Assembly (NCBI RefSeq): GCF_006345805.1
Contig: NC_043020.1
Coordinates: 21,762,001-21,826,000, forward strand
Source: Octopus sinensis
Lineage: Eukaryota
DNA: 64,000 bases
Direction of reading: 5' to 3'
Shown here piece after piece: positions 1 through 13,457 of the stretch. Both the position numbers and the translations under genes were made by a program. How positions within the stretch are numbered: position 1 is the stretch's first letter; every line of letters starts with the position of its first letter. Below the pieces are notes generated by a model. That model was given only the letters and a program-made list of their open reading frames with translations. It searched no databases and was not told where the DNA came from.

Positions 1-323
1 CAGGTCCACAGCATGGTACATTATGCAAATATCACCAACTACAGCCCCAGGCTGAGCAAAGGCTAGTGGTAGGCAGAACCAGAATGCCCAGTCTGTATGT
101 GCCTCTTTGTTTTAACACAAGACAAGTGTAAATGTATATCACTGTCATACAAGCAGTGTCATCCATTCCCAACAATATTGTACAAGACTATGTCTGGCCA
201 CAGGGAAATATCTCACCCAGAAATAGGTGAGGTTTAACAGAAAGGACATCTAGCCATAGAAAAGCTGGCTCAATAAATTCCACTCATCCTATGCAAGAGC
301 AGATGCTAAAACAACAATATATA

Positions 324-1430
324 TGAGGTGGTACCAAAAAGTTCCTAGACTAGTTCTGTAGTGTGCCAACAGATGGCAGTACACAGTTGTATATGCAGTG
401 TGCTGAGCAACATCACTGTCTTTACTTTGCGAGTTGCGAAATTTGTTTCTGTCCATGACAAAATCACAGACTACAGCATATATGTAATCAAAGAGTCATA
501 AACAATGTTTTGAGTGGCACAGGCACTTCAAAAGTAGAACTTTGCTGGAAGACTTGCTATGTGGAGAAAAATCATCAGATTGTACATTAGGATTGTTGGA
601 AGATAATCAACAACATTGCTTATGTTGCTGGTCTGTTGCATGGGTCCATGCAGGCAATCCTAGCGTTTGAATTGAACATGAGGCACGTCTCTCACCTGTT
701 GGTCGCTGAGCAGGAAGAACATTGTGATGAAGTCTGTCAAGATCTGTCAGCATGCCACTGATGACCCATCCTTCACATCAAAGATCATCAGCAGTGACAA
801 GAGTTGGGTCTATGGGAACAACCCTTTAACAAGCAGCAGTCATCACAATAGAAGAGCCCTTCATCTCCATTACCAAAAGAAGGCATGACAGAGCCAAAGC
901 TCAATCAAGAGTATGCTCATTGTGTTTTTGTCATCTATGGTATTGTGCATCAAGAATTCATTCCCCCCAGGGCCAGACCATTGAGAGTTCTACTGCGACG
1001 TTTTGAGGGAGAACATTTGGTGAAAGCAACTGGATCTGTGGAGCATGAAGGATTGGATTCCTCATGATGACAATGCACCCTGTCACTGAGCTCTCCTCAC
1101 TTGTGAGGTTCTTGCCAAAAACAACATGGTATTGCTTCTGCACTCACCCTTTTTTTGCCAGATTTAGCACCTGCGAACTTCCATCGCATCCCCAAGATAA
1201 AAATGCAGTGCAAAGGTTGCCATTTTAACATCACTGTCAAGATCCAGAGTGAATCGCAGGTCCTCGACTTGCTTAGAGAAAACGACTTCCAGGCTGGATT
1301 CAAAAAGTAGTAGGACCAGTATATTGCTGTGCAAGATGACTATTTTGAAGGCGATGATGTTAAAACTTGGGTAAACAAGTTATTTTTTTATTAAACATAA
1401 CTAGTCTGGGAACTTCTTAATACTACTTTG
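324..1430 (+). mobile_element. Decayed mariner (Tc1/mariner) DNA transposon
   Basis: Imperfect TIRs TGAGGTGGTACCAAAAAGTTCCTAGACTAG (324) and CTAGTCTGGGAACTTCTTAATACTACTTTG (ends 1430), flanked by TA. Broken transposase motifs IISSDKSWVYG, HDDNAPCH and an HSP..PDLAP-like motif. Confidence 0.8.
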
Positions 1431-2899
1431 TACATCATTATATCTAGACAGAAGACAAAAAGCTATTAATGTTTGTCACTGTCTGCACAGGTCTAACATC
1501 ACTTGTGCTCCTCTTAATTTATTCCACATTCTTGTTATGGAATCTAAGTTACAACTTAGTTTGTGATATTCTTTTGTCACTTTGCCTGGACACTTTGGCA
1601 TGAGGCTTGTCCCACTGTCATCTGGTTGAAAGGGGGCAAGTAAATTTATCTTGAATAAATCTGTTTGTACATTTAATAACATGTCGTATAGTACTTCATA
1701 AATTTTCATTGATTTGCTTCTCAACAATGCACTTATCAATGTAAGATAATGCATGTTATGTAAACTTTGGAATTATCAAATGTATTATTGATAATGTATC
1801 CAAATGGTACTTAGCCCCTTCTTATGGAAGAGAGAAACACAGGAAGTCTTGAGAATAAGTAGTGAAAGCTGATCTCAAGATGTTGAGCCCCCTAGAGGCA
1901 TAACGAAGGACTGAGAGTTTGTAATTTGCTGTGCTCAAGACCCATCCATAACAGCAAATAAGTTTTAAAAACATTTTGTTCATGCTTGCATGCACTGTCC
2001 CTACACTCATGCTGCTCTGTCAAGCATTCCCCACATCTCACCTCCCTACCTACCCCCAACAACCATTCCACGTTCACACACGTTACATTCCCTATTTCCT
2101 TGTGCTATTTGTTGCTGTTCACCCCACTACCACATGTATTCCTCATTCTCATTATTATCCCTTTCTTGTGCTTCCAGATATCTATCTCCCCATCCTCTGC
2201 CATATCATGCATCTTCTCATGTCCACTACTCCTATGCCTTGCTCATCTCTTCCCTCAACTATCATTCCTGAGCCACTCCTGTCTTTCTCCACTAACACCT
2301 CATACATTTCACATGAAGCCATATCTACACTCCTGTTCATCATTCACTACATTCATCTCTACCACCCATCTCTAACAATCTGCTATTCTCCCTTCACACT
2401 CTTATAATTGCCCATATCATCTCTTAAAGGTTTTGCTCTGGCACCCCACCACTACAATCTTACGCATTCCCCAGATACTCTCACCAACCCTTATATGAGT
2501 GCACGGTAGCTATGTATTCTCATTAGCAAGACACTGCTGTTTGTCCCTGATATAAAAATTACCTCTCCACTATTGCTGTGAGGGTCTTTTGTTTTTCTTG
2601 TCCTTTCCTATCTTGCAAGTCATTTGGCAATTCCAATAGTGCTGCGAGAGGAGTGGGGAGGAAGTACACACACCAAATACACATTGTAAAGTGGTTGATT
2701 AAAAAAAGTTATCCAGCCATAGAACCCAAGCTAAAGCTGACATGTAGCATAATGCAACCATGTGGCTCACTGAAAGCTATCTAAATATTGGAAAAGAATT
2801 ATTGGACACACAGCTGCAATGGAAACTATCAAGCTGTGTCCAGCATGAAGGGATATAGCAAGCATTTTGACTAAGTCTGCATACCAGAATTTAAATCCA

Positions 2900-3400
2900 A
2901 ATCTTTGAACAGAGCCTTGGGCTCAATTAAGATAGCTATGTGATGCAGCTGGAAACTGCTCAATTCCTGGCTGGAGATGGTTGCTACTGGAAGGATGTGT
3001 GTGTGGAAGGAAGATTCAGCTCTTTGCCATGCCTCCGGAAAAAGTCAGAAGTGGTTGTTGGAGAACTATGACTTCACCAGCCCCAATTTCTAGACTCCTA
3101 ATGCACTCAATTGTAATTCTATGGATTAAAAACACCAACTGCTCTACCTGCAATGCCAAAGTTGAGCTAGTAGCCAAGATCAAGGAGGTGTTCAAAGATC
3201 TTTCTGAGGACACAGCAAGGAACACATGCATCAGGTTCTGGAGCTGTTTTGAGTTGGTGGTAGAAGCTGAGAGTGGATACATTGAGTAAGCTGTTATCTC
3301 CCAGCCATAATGTAGTTGACATTTAAAAATTTTAAAAAATATTTTGGATGGGATATTGTTTCCCCTATCTTTTGTATAATCTGTCAAATTTAGCATACAT
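2900..3400 (+). mobile_element. Fragment of a Tc1/maT-like transposase 3' end
   Basis: ORF 2981-3289 resembles the transposase C-terminus (ELVAKIKEVF...TCIRFWSCFELVVEAESGYIE). It is similar to the 3' part of the element at 42786-43621. Confidence 0.5.
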
Positions 3401-3521
3401 AGAGGTGCACAGGAATGTGTGTAGGTATACGTGCATATAAAGATGTGTGTGTGTGTGCACCCTTGCCAAGCAGTATTGTGATTTTGAAAATAATGGGGGA
3501 TTTCATAAAATTACCTAGTCA

Positions 3522-3832
3522 TTACGTTTATATATTTGTTGTGCAAGATTTTTTATGTGAAACTGTGTGTTAAAACAGATATTGTTGTATTTCGGAATGG
3601 TCATTTTGCCAGTTTAGCCAATAAAAACACACACACTATATATTTGGTGTTACTTTGCTTCAGTGCTATTTATTTTTGACATTAATCTAATCTTATTTCG
3701 GCCAGAGTTCTTTCATCACACTCCTGTGACTGCATCAGTGGTCCTTTGCTTTCTTCTTTCTTATTTGTGAGTCTCTCCTTACTAACCGTCAGCCATTTTG
3801 TATTTCTGTTGTATGTGTCTTTATTTGCGCAT
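3522..3832 (-). repeat. 3' pseudo-LTR of the Penelope-like element
   Basis: Highly similar direct repeat of 7952-8263. Confidence 0.9.
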
Positions 3833-6559
3833 GCGTATATCTCTATGTGCGTCTATGTTTAGTAGTGCATGTCTGTGGGGGAATGCCTGTAATATTTGTA
3901 TCTTCTGTTTATATACGTTCGTGTAATTTGTTTTTGTTTATTCTTATTTTGTACGTGTTTACATCCACTTATTATCATTATTATCATTACGTATGCTTGT
4001 ATGTATGTATAACAACAATACTAGTAATAATAATAATAAAATTAAAAAAATTTTTTTTAATTTAAAAATTAAAAAAAATGTACGTAGTTATTTACTTCCA
4101 TTTGTTTATTTATCTGTATTTTATTTTATTATGTTTTCAGTTTTGTTTATATTGTAACCAGTTTATGGGGATCCTCTTCTGTCATATGTTGTGGTGTGTG
4201 CTAGTGTTCCATTCCAGTTTCCTATTCAGGTTAGGTTTATCTTCTATTATGTGTGTAGCTTCCGTAATTTGTCTGATTGTTGCGTCTGTTCTATGTGTGG
4301 ACAAGCTTTTAACTTCTATGTTGTTGATTGAGCCCTCGTGTTCCTGCTCAGCGTGTTGGTATAGAATCGATGAGCCCTTTCCTTCCAATGTCCATTTATT
4401 CGTTCTCCTATGCTTTGTGCTGTTTCCCCTACGTATGTCGTTGTCTTGTTACTGCATCGTCCCTCTATACATCTTATACTATAGACTACATTTCTGGCTT
4501 TACAGTTTGTTTGTAGGTTAAATCTACACACAGTACAGTACCTATCCGTACAGGGGGTTCTACTAAAAGGGTAGGTTCTACCAATTATGGATTTGATAGG
4601 GTTGCCTAGTTTTTCAACAACCTTAATCCTTAGCTTAAGTTTGTCTAGGGTCCTTCTAAAGCGGTACACCAGTTCACCTCTAGGAGTGGTGTCAACGAAC
4701 ATGACACTCTGGTATTTGTGGCTATCATACCAAGAGTTGGCCTTCCCTATTTTCTTCTTTGTCTTTTCCATAGTGTTCCATGACTTGTTCCTATAGAGTG
4801 GGCAAATCCCATTCCTATCATTACATAAGATAGTATCAAATTTCTTCATGGCTTCTTTGTATACTCTGATCCTTTCTTTATGGCTGTAACCTGAGAACTG
4901 CATGCGGTGAACGAAATGTTGTATGTGTCTCTTTAACTCTGTAGGCTCGCACATGCGGGACACATTTTGCATTATTCTGACAAGGTCTACCATCAAAATA
5001 TTGAATTTGGCATTGTCCGCAATGGCTGAGTTCTGATGGATCAAGTATTTGGAGGCCATACATAGGTTTGGCATAGTACGAATGAAGGATTTGGGTTTTA
5101 TTATTCACAGTTTCTAGCCAGAGTTCTGTGTCTAGTACTGGTAGTCTATGGTTAGGGTGTTTAGTAGGGTAGTCTATTGTGACCTTAATACTCTGGTGGA
5201 TGGAGCTAGCTATTTGCTGGATGCTCTCCATAGTATTAGTTTCTATTTCAACAGTTCTCTCGTGTGGGGGTGCCTTTACCACTATGTTGATATCATCAAC
5301 ATAACGAGAGCACATGTTCACGAGTATGGACTTCTGTGTTATGCGTTCCTTAAGCCTTCTGTCCCACCATACCATGAAAAGGTTGGCCACATCACCGGCA
5401 ATACTAACGCTGATGGCTGCCCCCTCGTGCTGGGCATATATTTTATTGTTAAACTTAAACGTGTGGCCTTTTAGGGTAACTCTTATACTAGCTCCTAGTG
5501 CATGTGCGATCATTTTCTTTACCTGATGGACATTTGCAGGGCTCCGTATGGCTCTGGTCCATCTGCTCCGTCTCTCTATATGGGTCTTCCTAGCCACAGA
5601 AGTAATTATGGGTGGTCTACCTCTTAAACGTCTACTGGGGCAGAAACTACTAAGATCATGTTTATCTAGGTATTCGTTGTCATATGTCAGTCTAAGTAGG
5701 AGGCCCAGTCCCTGTGTTGACATTGCGGAACTCCACCTTGCTCTCGTTGATCATTTCCACGCACTTCTCCACCGCAAAATCCACGTCGATCGATGGGTAT
5801 AGGGATACCACATCCATGCTACTCACCATACATCCTGTCAGGTCGCAAGTGTTGTTAGAGTCATTGATCCTGCTGAGGAGATCTTCCATGCTGTCACAAA
5901 CATGAGGTGACATCCGGATTATAGGGCGTATGATCATTGAGAGGAAGTAGGAGATTCTGTAGTTGCTAGTGATGTTCGCTCCACAGACTGGTCTTGTTGG
6001 TGGTCCTGCTATAGGGTCAGTGGTCACTTTATGGTCCTTGTGAAGTCTATACAGTGCTGGGATATCATTGTTCCAGGCTTGGAAATTGCTAGCTGTGCGT
6101 TTCTGGGGTCCCAGAACAATTGTCCACATCATCATGTTTGCATTGAGGATCTTTTCTCTCTCCTCATACGCCTGTAAAGTTGTTACTTTTGTATTGGCGA
6201 TATGAGGTTGCATTGCCTGGATGTAGTTCGGTAAGCTGTCTATTGACATCCTGCCGGACTTATCTGTGGGAAGGCATACCACCTCTGTTCCTCGTGCGCT
6301 GAACGAGCTTACGTAGGCCACATGCGGGTTTAATCCCGAGTTGTTGGGCCTCTGTCTTATTCTGTCTCTGTCTCTTAGTGTATAGTTCTAAAATCTGTCT
6401 AAGTCTGGTCCTAGCTATAGTGAACTGTGCTTCCATATGGTCATTAGTATGTCTTGGGATGTAGACCCTTTTGTTGAAGAGTAATGTCGGATAAATCCGG
6501 CTCATGTTGTAAGATTTGTCACATATGTTGAAGAATTGAGTGTCAAAGGGGTGGGTATA

Positions 6560-7300
6560 CATGTTAATGGCCCTTCTAGGATTATCTTCTTCATTATCGT
6601 TACTATTCCCATCATCAATCCCACTATTGCCACCATTACCACTATCATTACCACCACTATTACTATTATTACTATCACCATCACAACTATCACAACTACC
6701 ATCATTACTACTTCTTCTGTTACCACCACCACCACTACCACTACTACTACTACTACCACCACCATTATTGCTATTACTGTTATTCCTACCACTGCCATTA
6801 TTGCTATCATTCTGATTATCGCTAGTGATATTCTCATTGTTCCTGTTTCTGGTGTATGTGTTGTTCATATTAGTGTTGGTTCTTATGTCTGTCTGTTGGT
6901 CCCTGCCACTCTCTCTGTTGTGGTAGTTATTTTTGTTCCTACGAGTAGTGTTTTCTGTTTCAAGTCTACTGACTCCCTGTCCAAGAATTCTGTTGCATTC
7001 AACTTTATTCTCCATCGTGACCTCCATGACAAAGCTTTTATTCGTGTCCTTGTGACTATGGTTATCTGTGTGTGTGTTTGTGTGTCCGTTCCCCCTATAA
7101 TTGTTGTTGTTGTAGGTGTTGTTGTTGTATACGATTTTTTCTCTGTTTATGTTTTTGTATTTGTATCTGTTGTGTTCATGCATTCATTTTTGCTGTTGTT
7201 GTTGTAGCTGTTAGTGTTGTAGTTGTTGCTGCGGTCATTATTGTTTGTGTTGTTGTTGCTGCGGTTATTGTTGTCACTCATGTTGTCATTGTACCTATTT
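6560..7300. repeat. Trinucleotide low-complexity tract (AAT/GGT/AAC-type) inside the Penelope ORF, encoding Asn/Gly/Ser runs
   Basis: Visible (ACT/ACC/ATT)n and (GTT)n runs. ORF 6260-7183 reads NNSNSNNGGGSSSSSGSGGGG. Confidence 0.85.
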
Positions 7301-7951
7301 AAATTCCAACGTATTTTTGTGAACGACTTTTCAATCTCGGACAGGCATTGGATGGTATTCACCTTATTATATATCGCATATTTTGGTGGTAGTTGAAGTA
7401 TCGATATTTCGTCTGGGTCTGTTGTTATTCCCCCATAGATGTTCGCTTCACTGTCCTTGTTGAATTCTGCTGGTAGTGGGACATCTGCCATAATAATTCC
7501 GTTTATTGTATCTGGATACTTCAGTTTTTCTTCTTTTTTGAGCTTATAATGATGTTTATGTTTTAACCATGACAATTTCTTTTTAAAATGGATATTGCAC
7601 TGGTGTATAATGTGTCTGTTTTCTGCATATATTATATTCATAAGTGTGGTTTACTCTTTTCGTGTGGTAATGTTTTTAATTTATTTTTAAAATATACGTT
7701 TACGTTTTTCTTGCTCACTTAGCTCCTTGTATATTTTGTTTTTAATATTTACCATCAGCATTCTTTTTAGCTTTTCAGCTTGGCCTTTGGTGAGATCAAG
7801 CCGTTAAACGTTGGATGTGACTTTGTTAATACATGTTTTGGATGAGACATATTGTTTGATAAACTGAAGCTGTTGTGTTGTCACGGTTTTCCGTAGGCAA
7901 CAGAATATAGTGTCCTTCAGCTTCTTGCTAGCCTGGCTATGGCTCACGTTG

Positions 7952-8263
7952 TTACGTTTATATATTTGTTGTGCAAGATTTTTTATGTGAAGTTGTGTGT
8001 TGAAACAGATATTGTTGTATTTCGGAATGGTCATTTTGCCAGTTTAGCCAATAAAAACACACGCACTATATATTTGGTGTTACTTTGCTTCAGTGTTATT
8101 CATTTTTTACATTAAACTTAATCTTATTTCGGCCAGAGTTCTTTCATCACACTCCTGTGACCGCATCAGTGGTCCTTTGCTTTCTTCTTTCTTATTTGTG
8201 TGTCTCTCCTTACTAACCGTTAGCCACTTTGTATTTCTATTGTATGTGTCTTCATTTGTGCAT
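7952..8263 (-). repeat. 5' pseudo-LTR of the Penelope-like element
   Basis: Direct repeat of 3522-3832. Contains the ATG (8034) of the first ORF segment. Confidence 0.9.
8131..8175 (-). ncRNA. Minimal hammerhead-ribozyme-like motif in the pLTR (second copy at 3700-3744)
   Basis: Reads GGACCA-CUGAUGC-G-GUCAC-aggagu-GUGAU-GAAA-G-AA-CUC-UGGCC. Stems I, II and III can be drawn, but position 9 is C instead of A. Confidence 0.5.
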
Positions 8264-8646
8264 TATTAAACTGGTGCTAGGAACAAAAATTAATGTAAAA
8301 TTTTGATGGACAGCTTTAATTTAGATAATTTTAAACAGGAAGTTTGTATCAGACCCAAGGGTGGTTTCAGTTTGGCTGGTATCAAAAGGGTTAATATGGA
8401 AAATTTTTAAGTTCTCCACTTTCAACCTACAAACAAATTGCAATTAGAATACACAAGACCCAAGAGGATCTGGGAATCAGCACGAGTGATGTGCAGGCAA
8501 CTATTATTTTAATTCTAGCATATAACTAAAAGATATTCATCATTTGAAGAGGGGAAAAAAACAAACTATTTCATAAAACAAAACGATGCAGATAGTAAAT
8601 CATTACATATATTGGCTGGAAGTTTCAAATTAACTTTCATACTTAC

Positions 8647-8739
8647 ATACACCTTGATTCCTTCTGAATTTAATTTCTCTGTTGAATATGTTGGTTCACA
8701 TACTCTAACCACATCTTTGGCACCACGAGATTTTAGTTC
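8647..8739 (-). CDS. PTP4A1: PRL/PTP4A phosphatase, second coding exon (ELKSRGAKDVVRVCEPTYSTEKLNSEGIKVY)
   Basis: 93-nt phase-0 exon with acceptor TTTTTATGCTGCAG and donor GTAAGT. Matches human PRL-1 ELKKYGVTTIVRVCEATY..EGIHVL, including the regulatory Cys in RVCE. Confidence 0.95.
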
Positions 8740-9054
8740 CTGCAGCATAAAAATTTTTATTGATGCCAATAACATAACTACATAAGTACAATAGTGTTCC
8801 TTAAGTAAATCTAAAGTTTTAAGTTCCTATGACATATTTTCAATACAAAGATTTTTAAAATGCTCGATAAATTTCAGATTAGCATGTGTATACAAACTAT
8901 CATAAACCTAGAAGGTACTACTAATGAAATAAATGTAGTCAATAAAGTTGGTCAATGGTAATGAAATCATTACATAATGATTTAAATAAGAGTATTTAAA
9001 ACCTAAAATCAAGATAGAGATGGCAACAAAATCTAGAATCAAGGTAGATATGAC

Positions 9055-9800
9055 AGCTAAACCTAGAATTAATCTTAGGGTAAACGTAGGAAAGAAGATA
9101 GGGAAATGGCCTTGTGTGATATGTAAAAAAGGAGTGAGTATAAACTCCAAATTCCATGCCCAATGTTAGCAATGGGCTCACAAGTGCTGTAATAGAATCA
9201 TGGGCAGACCAACAAAGTAAGCCTCGTGTGTGATAGATGCACTGGGGCAATACATATATTGAGCACACTGGAGACAGATTTTCCTAAATGCCCAGATGGC
9301 TCACAAGAAGTAGTTGATAACTTTTGTTACTTAGATGTAAATGGTAAGAGAGAGTTAGGTAAGGTTCAGGGAACTACTGCAGCTGTTGGCAATAAAAGAC
9401 TTTCCTTCAGAGTGAAGGGCAGGTTGTATGAAACCAATGTTAGAACTGCAATGTTGTATGGTAGTGAAACATAGAGAACTTGAGAAAACTGGAAGGAAAT
9501 GAAGTGAGCAATTTCCATTGGATGTGTAGTGTAAGTGTGCATGAATGACTACAAATGTACTAAGAAAAACTGGGCATAGGAGGAATCAGATGTAGTATGC
9601 AAGACTGCACAGGTAGACATGTGATGCATATGAATGAAGACAGCTCATAATGAAGTGCTGATCACTTAGATGTAGATAAATTTTGTAGTAGAGGGAGACA
9701 TGGGATGAAATGGTGATGGTTGATCTTGGGACCTTGAACCTCATACAGATGACAAAGAATATGGATGATTGGTGATGTGCAGTTCTAAAGACCCACTCAC
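9055..9800 (+). mobile_element. Decayed 3' fragment of an RTE-type LINE with a Cys-rich insert
   Basis: WPCVICKKGV..NSK and RVKGRLYETNVRTAMLYGSET. Same family as 16470-19968. Confidence 0.75.
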
Positions 9801-11012
9801 TTTGCTCAAACTGAATTCTGGAAGCACCACTTGCACATAAATATGCATGACTGAGTTATTCACCCAACTTCCTCCTCAAGATGTTCCCATTAACCTTCCT
9901 GTCTAACTGCAGCTCATCCTTGATAGCACTTTTTTTTTTTTACTACTCAGAATCATTTCATTTGTTATTCATTGTTCATTGATCACATACACATCTTCAA
10001 TGAGCTACCACATTATCTCTCCTCATCCACCACTACTATACATCTCTCATTCTACTATTGCACTATGTCTGCCTCTTTCTGTCTTGCACTTTCTCTGATA
10101 AACTTCCCAACCATTTCTTGCTCTTTCCCTGTCGACTGTACCATCACAACTATTTTACTGCTCTCTCCACTTCTTTTTGGCAGTCACACATTCCCTACCC
10201 ACTCCTATTCACTATTGCCCCCTCTACCATTTATCTACCATTCACTATTGCCCCCAACCATACTCAATTTTTAAAGTTATTACCTACCTCTCACCCATTC
10301 TCAATCTCACCCCCTGATACACTCTTGCAACCTCCAATCACCCACATTCCTCATTCTTCTGACTCCATTACTTCCATCCAGACACCTCATTACTACCATT
10401 ATCTTTTTCCAGCTCCACCTAATCACCTCAAACTGCCTTTTCTAAAATATGAAAGTCATATAGTTCCTGTACAGCAAAAAACCTGTACTGCTCAGGTTTC
10501 TTCTTTCATACTTTAAACCTTCGTCTTCAAGCACAACCCTTGCCCCTTGGGGTTAAGTCTTGTAAACTGTGAGGTGATCTTACTTGTGCTGATACCATGA
10601 AAAATTGCACCCTCTACATACTATAAAGTGATTGGCATTAGGAAGGGCATCCACCTGTAGGAACCATGCTAAAGCAGACACCAATGATGCTGTCTTTGAA
10701 CCCATTAGATCTTGTCAAACCAACTAGATCATGCTAGTATAGAACATGGATGTTAAATGATGTAAGTTTTAATCAGAGATTATGAAATCAATTGAATATC
10801 TCTTTAAATGCACATTTTTTCCAGCATATAATAAGTTGTAAATGAAGCTTCTTTCAAATTAAATTTTTGAACAAACAGCCATGTTTTTCAGAAATTTGCT
10901 TTCATTTTGACTAAGTAGCACTTTAGGCAAGTGTGTTTTTTATTATAGTTGTAGACTACTCAATGCTTCATGTGTAACAGAAATCCTTCACAAGCCTTAA
11001 GTGTACATCTTA

Positions 11013-11623
11013 AGGATCTTTACCTTTTGACGTACAGATTTAAAAAACAATTTTTTGTAACTAAACACTTTCAAATTTCAGACACTGGTAGAATGTGCCA
11101 TATAAAACATGTTTTACTCTTAGCATTTTTGAAAAAAACTAATATTTACGAAGATATTTCACCTTAAAGTTCTTGTATTCCGAAATTTCAACCAATCAAT
11201 GACGTGTATTCAGCTGAATAAAATTACTGCCATTGTTTGTCAACAACAACTATCGGCAGTGTATTTTTCGTTTGTCACTGTTATTTATGACATTGTTTGT
11301 GTGTTTGTACTGGTTTTAGCTATAAGGTTTTAGGGCTAGGGTTGTCATAAATAACAGTGACAAACAAAAAATACACTGCTGGAAGTTTGTGTTGATAAAC
11401 AATGGCAGTAATTTTATTCAGCTGAATACATGTCATTGATTGGTTGAAATTACCAATATAAGCCTACTTTAACGTGAAATTACTTTGTAAATATAAGTTT
11501 TTCTCAAAAATGCTAAGAGTAAAACACATTTCATATGACACATTCTACCAGTGTCCGAAGTTTGAAAGTGTTTAGTTAAAAAAAATTATTTTTTAAATCT
11601 GTACGTCTAAAGGTAAAGATCCC
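11013..11623. mobile_element. Palindromic MITE with (G)GGATCTTT termini
   Basis: Two ~290-bp arms that are reverse complements around a short spacer near 11300-11340. Confidence 0.85.
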
Positions 11624-11994
11624 ATATATGCTTACTGGTGGTAGTTGATCCTTTTAGGCTAAAAGTTAAAACTGCACAATTTGTTCAGCCAGTGAGAGCT
11701 TTTATAGTTCTAGATAATGATGTCTGAAAACAAAGTGGGGTGGTCACAGATGACCACTTTCTTTAAATTGTATGTGATTCTCTTGACAGTTTCAATGATT
11801 ATACTATGATTTGATTTCTGCTGATGTTTTCTAGATAAGAATAAAAAGAGAATTGGAAAATTGTAATGTTCACATCTTTTCCCCAAAAGAATTAATATAA
11901 ATGAAACAAAACAGCTTCAGCTTAGAATTATAAACAGGTTATTGAACTGGATTTACAAAAAACTCCAGATTTGTCAAGAACATGACTTGTTTAT

Positions 11995-12301
11995 ACCTTT
12001 TGTTTCGGTCATTAGACTGTGCCCATCACCTTGAATTTTTAAATTGAATGAATGAATCAACCCCCAGTATTTTTTTTAAAGCCTGGTACTTATTCTATCA
12101 GTCATTTCTGCTGAACCACTAAGTTACAAGGATGCAAGCATACCAACACTGGTTGTCAGGCAGTGTGTGCTTGACACACACACACACACAAATATATTTT
12201 ATTCTTTTATGTGCTTGTCATTCGACTGCTAAATTATGGGGACATAAGCACACCAATATCAGTTGTCAAGCAATGGCGGAAGGACAAACACAGACAAATT
12301 T

Positions 12302-12338
<37 letters not shown>

Positions 12339-12480
12339 GCGTGCACGATGGGCTTCTTTCAATTTCTGTCTGTCAAATTCATTCACAAAGCCTTGGATGG
12401 CCCAAGGCTATGATAGAAGACATTTGCCCATGTGATTGGGAAGTAAGCTTCTTACCACACAGCTACGTCTGTGCCTAAAC
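11995..12480 (-). mobile_element. tRNA-derived SINE (decayed)
   Basis: Reverse complement of the SINE at 48612-48968. Confidence 0.8.
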
Positions 12481-13457
12481 TTGAAGCTTGTGTCTAGTTA
12501 ATGTTAAATAAATTGCACACAAGTGACAAAAGAAAAACATTTTTTACCATGAGTTGTTACTAAATAATGTTAAAAAAAAAAAAAGCAAATGCTAAACTAC
12601 TAATAATTAAAATATAAGGCTCCACAAATCAATAAGGGGAGCCTCTACATTGTCACTTTACTAGAAATTGCAGCCAATTTCCCTCAAGTCACACTGTCTA
12701 GAACTATGAATAAAAATAGGTTGTTCATTGCTTAATCAAAGGTCTGCTGACCTGTGGCTAAACAACAACATATACCTTATGAGATTTCTATTTCTTTGAA
12801 TGCTCTGTGTGTGTGCGCGCGCGCACACAAAATTTGGTGAAATATGTAGGTTGTTAGTTATGAAATGGAATGTACAGTGAGTAGCAAAAGTGCCAGTAGC
12901 ATTGTTGACAATTATCCAACAAAACACTTCAGCAATAGTAAGCAGCACCAACTGTTTGTGGGGAAATCATATTTGTATATTTTTGCATAGTTAATCTGCA
13001 ATGATGTGAGCCATATAACTTAAATGAATTGTTTCTTTAGTTTATGAAATAGTTCTTTTGTTTTATTGCATTTTCAATCTTTCTGAAGACTGGTTAAATC
13101 CCAAAACTCAGGTATTTAGGACTTTATGACTGAATGCTAACTTGTGAAGATGGAGTAATGTCCCTTCTCATTCAGTACGTTATATTTGCACTTTGGTTTG
13201 ATAATAAATAGTCCATTTTATTGAGTTTGTTGCGAAATGGCAACATTTTTCTTTAATAATTTTTGGTGACCTTGCACTTTTTTTTTTGATAGCTTTAATT
13301 TCGGTTATAACTTTCATATTTTGCTTCCATTAAAAAGTCAACCTACTCAGTCAGTGCATGTACAAAGTTAAGGTGTACTCATTTTCTCATTGAGAAAGTT
13401 TAGGTAGATATATAAACTTATGAAAAGACAAAAAGAAAAAAAAGTTTTAAATCTTAC

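Larger units (their letters stand above)
3522..8263 (-). mobile_element. Penelope-like retroelement (RT plus C-terminal GIY-YIG endonuclease), near full length but frameshifted
   Basis: Successive minus-strand ORFs give the N-terminal ILQLPPKY...EKSFTKIRW, RT motifs (KDHK..PTRPVCGA, SMDVVSLYPSID, HEGAAISVSIAGDVANLFM, RYVDDI), a Cys-rich linker and GIY-YIG motifs (VVYSIRC..YVGET..ERINGH; RQITEA..KPNLNRKLEW). Bounded by ~311-bp direct repeats. Confidence 0.92.

Noticed and set aside
1476-1754. 92-aa minus-strand ORF in unique sequence as the missing third PRL coding exon
   Set aside because: It lacks DWxFDDG and HCVAGLGR, and the best acceptor leads to an early stop.
1976-2500. Pro/Leu/Ser-rich ORFs here and near 9970-10516, 29596-30033 and 30391-30672
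   Set aside because: Pyrimidine-rich, highly decayed repeat remnants. The ORFs are compositional artefacts.
6502-7302. Poly-Val, poly-Thr and poly-Leu ORFs
   Set aside because: Alternative frames of the trinucleotide tract inside the Penelope element.
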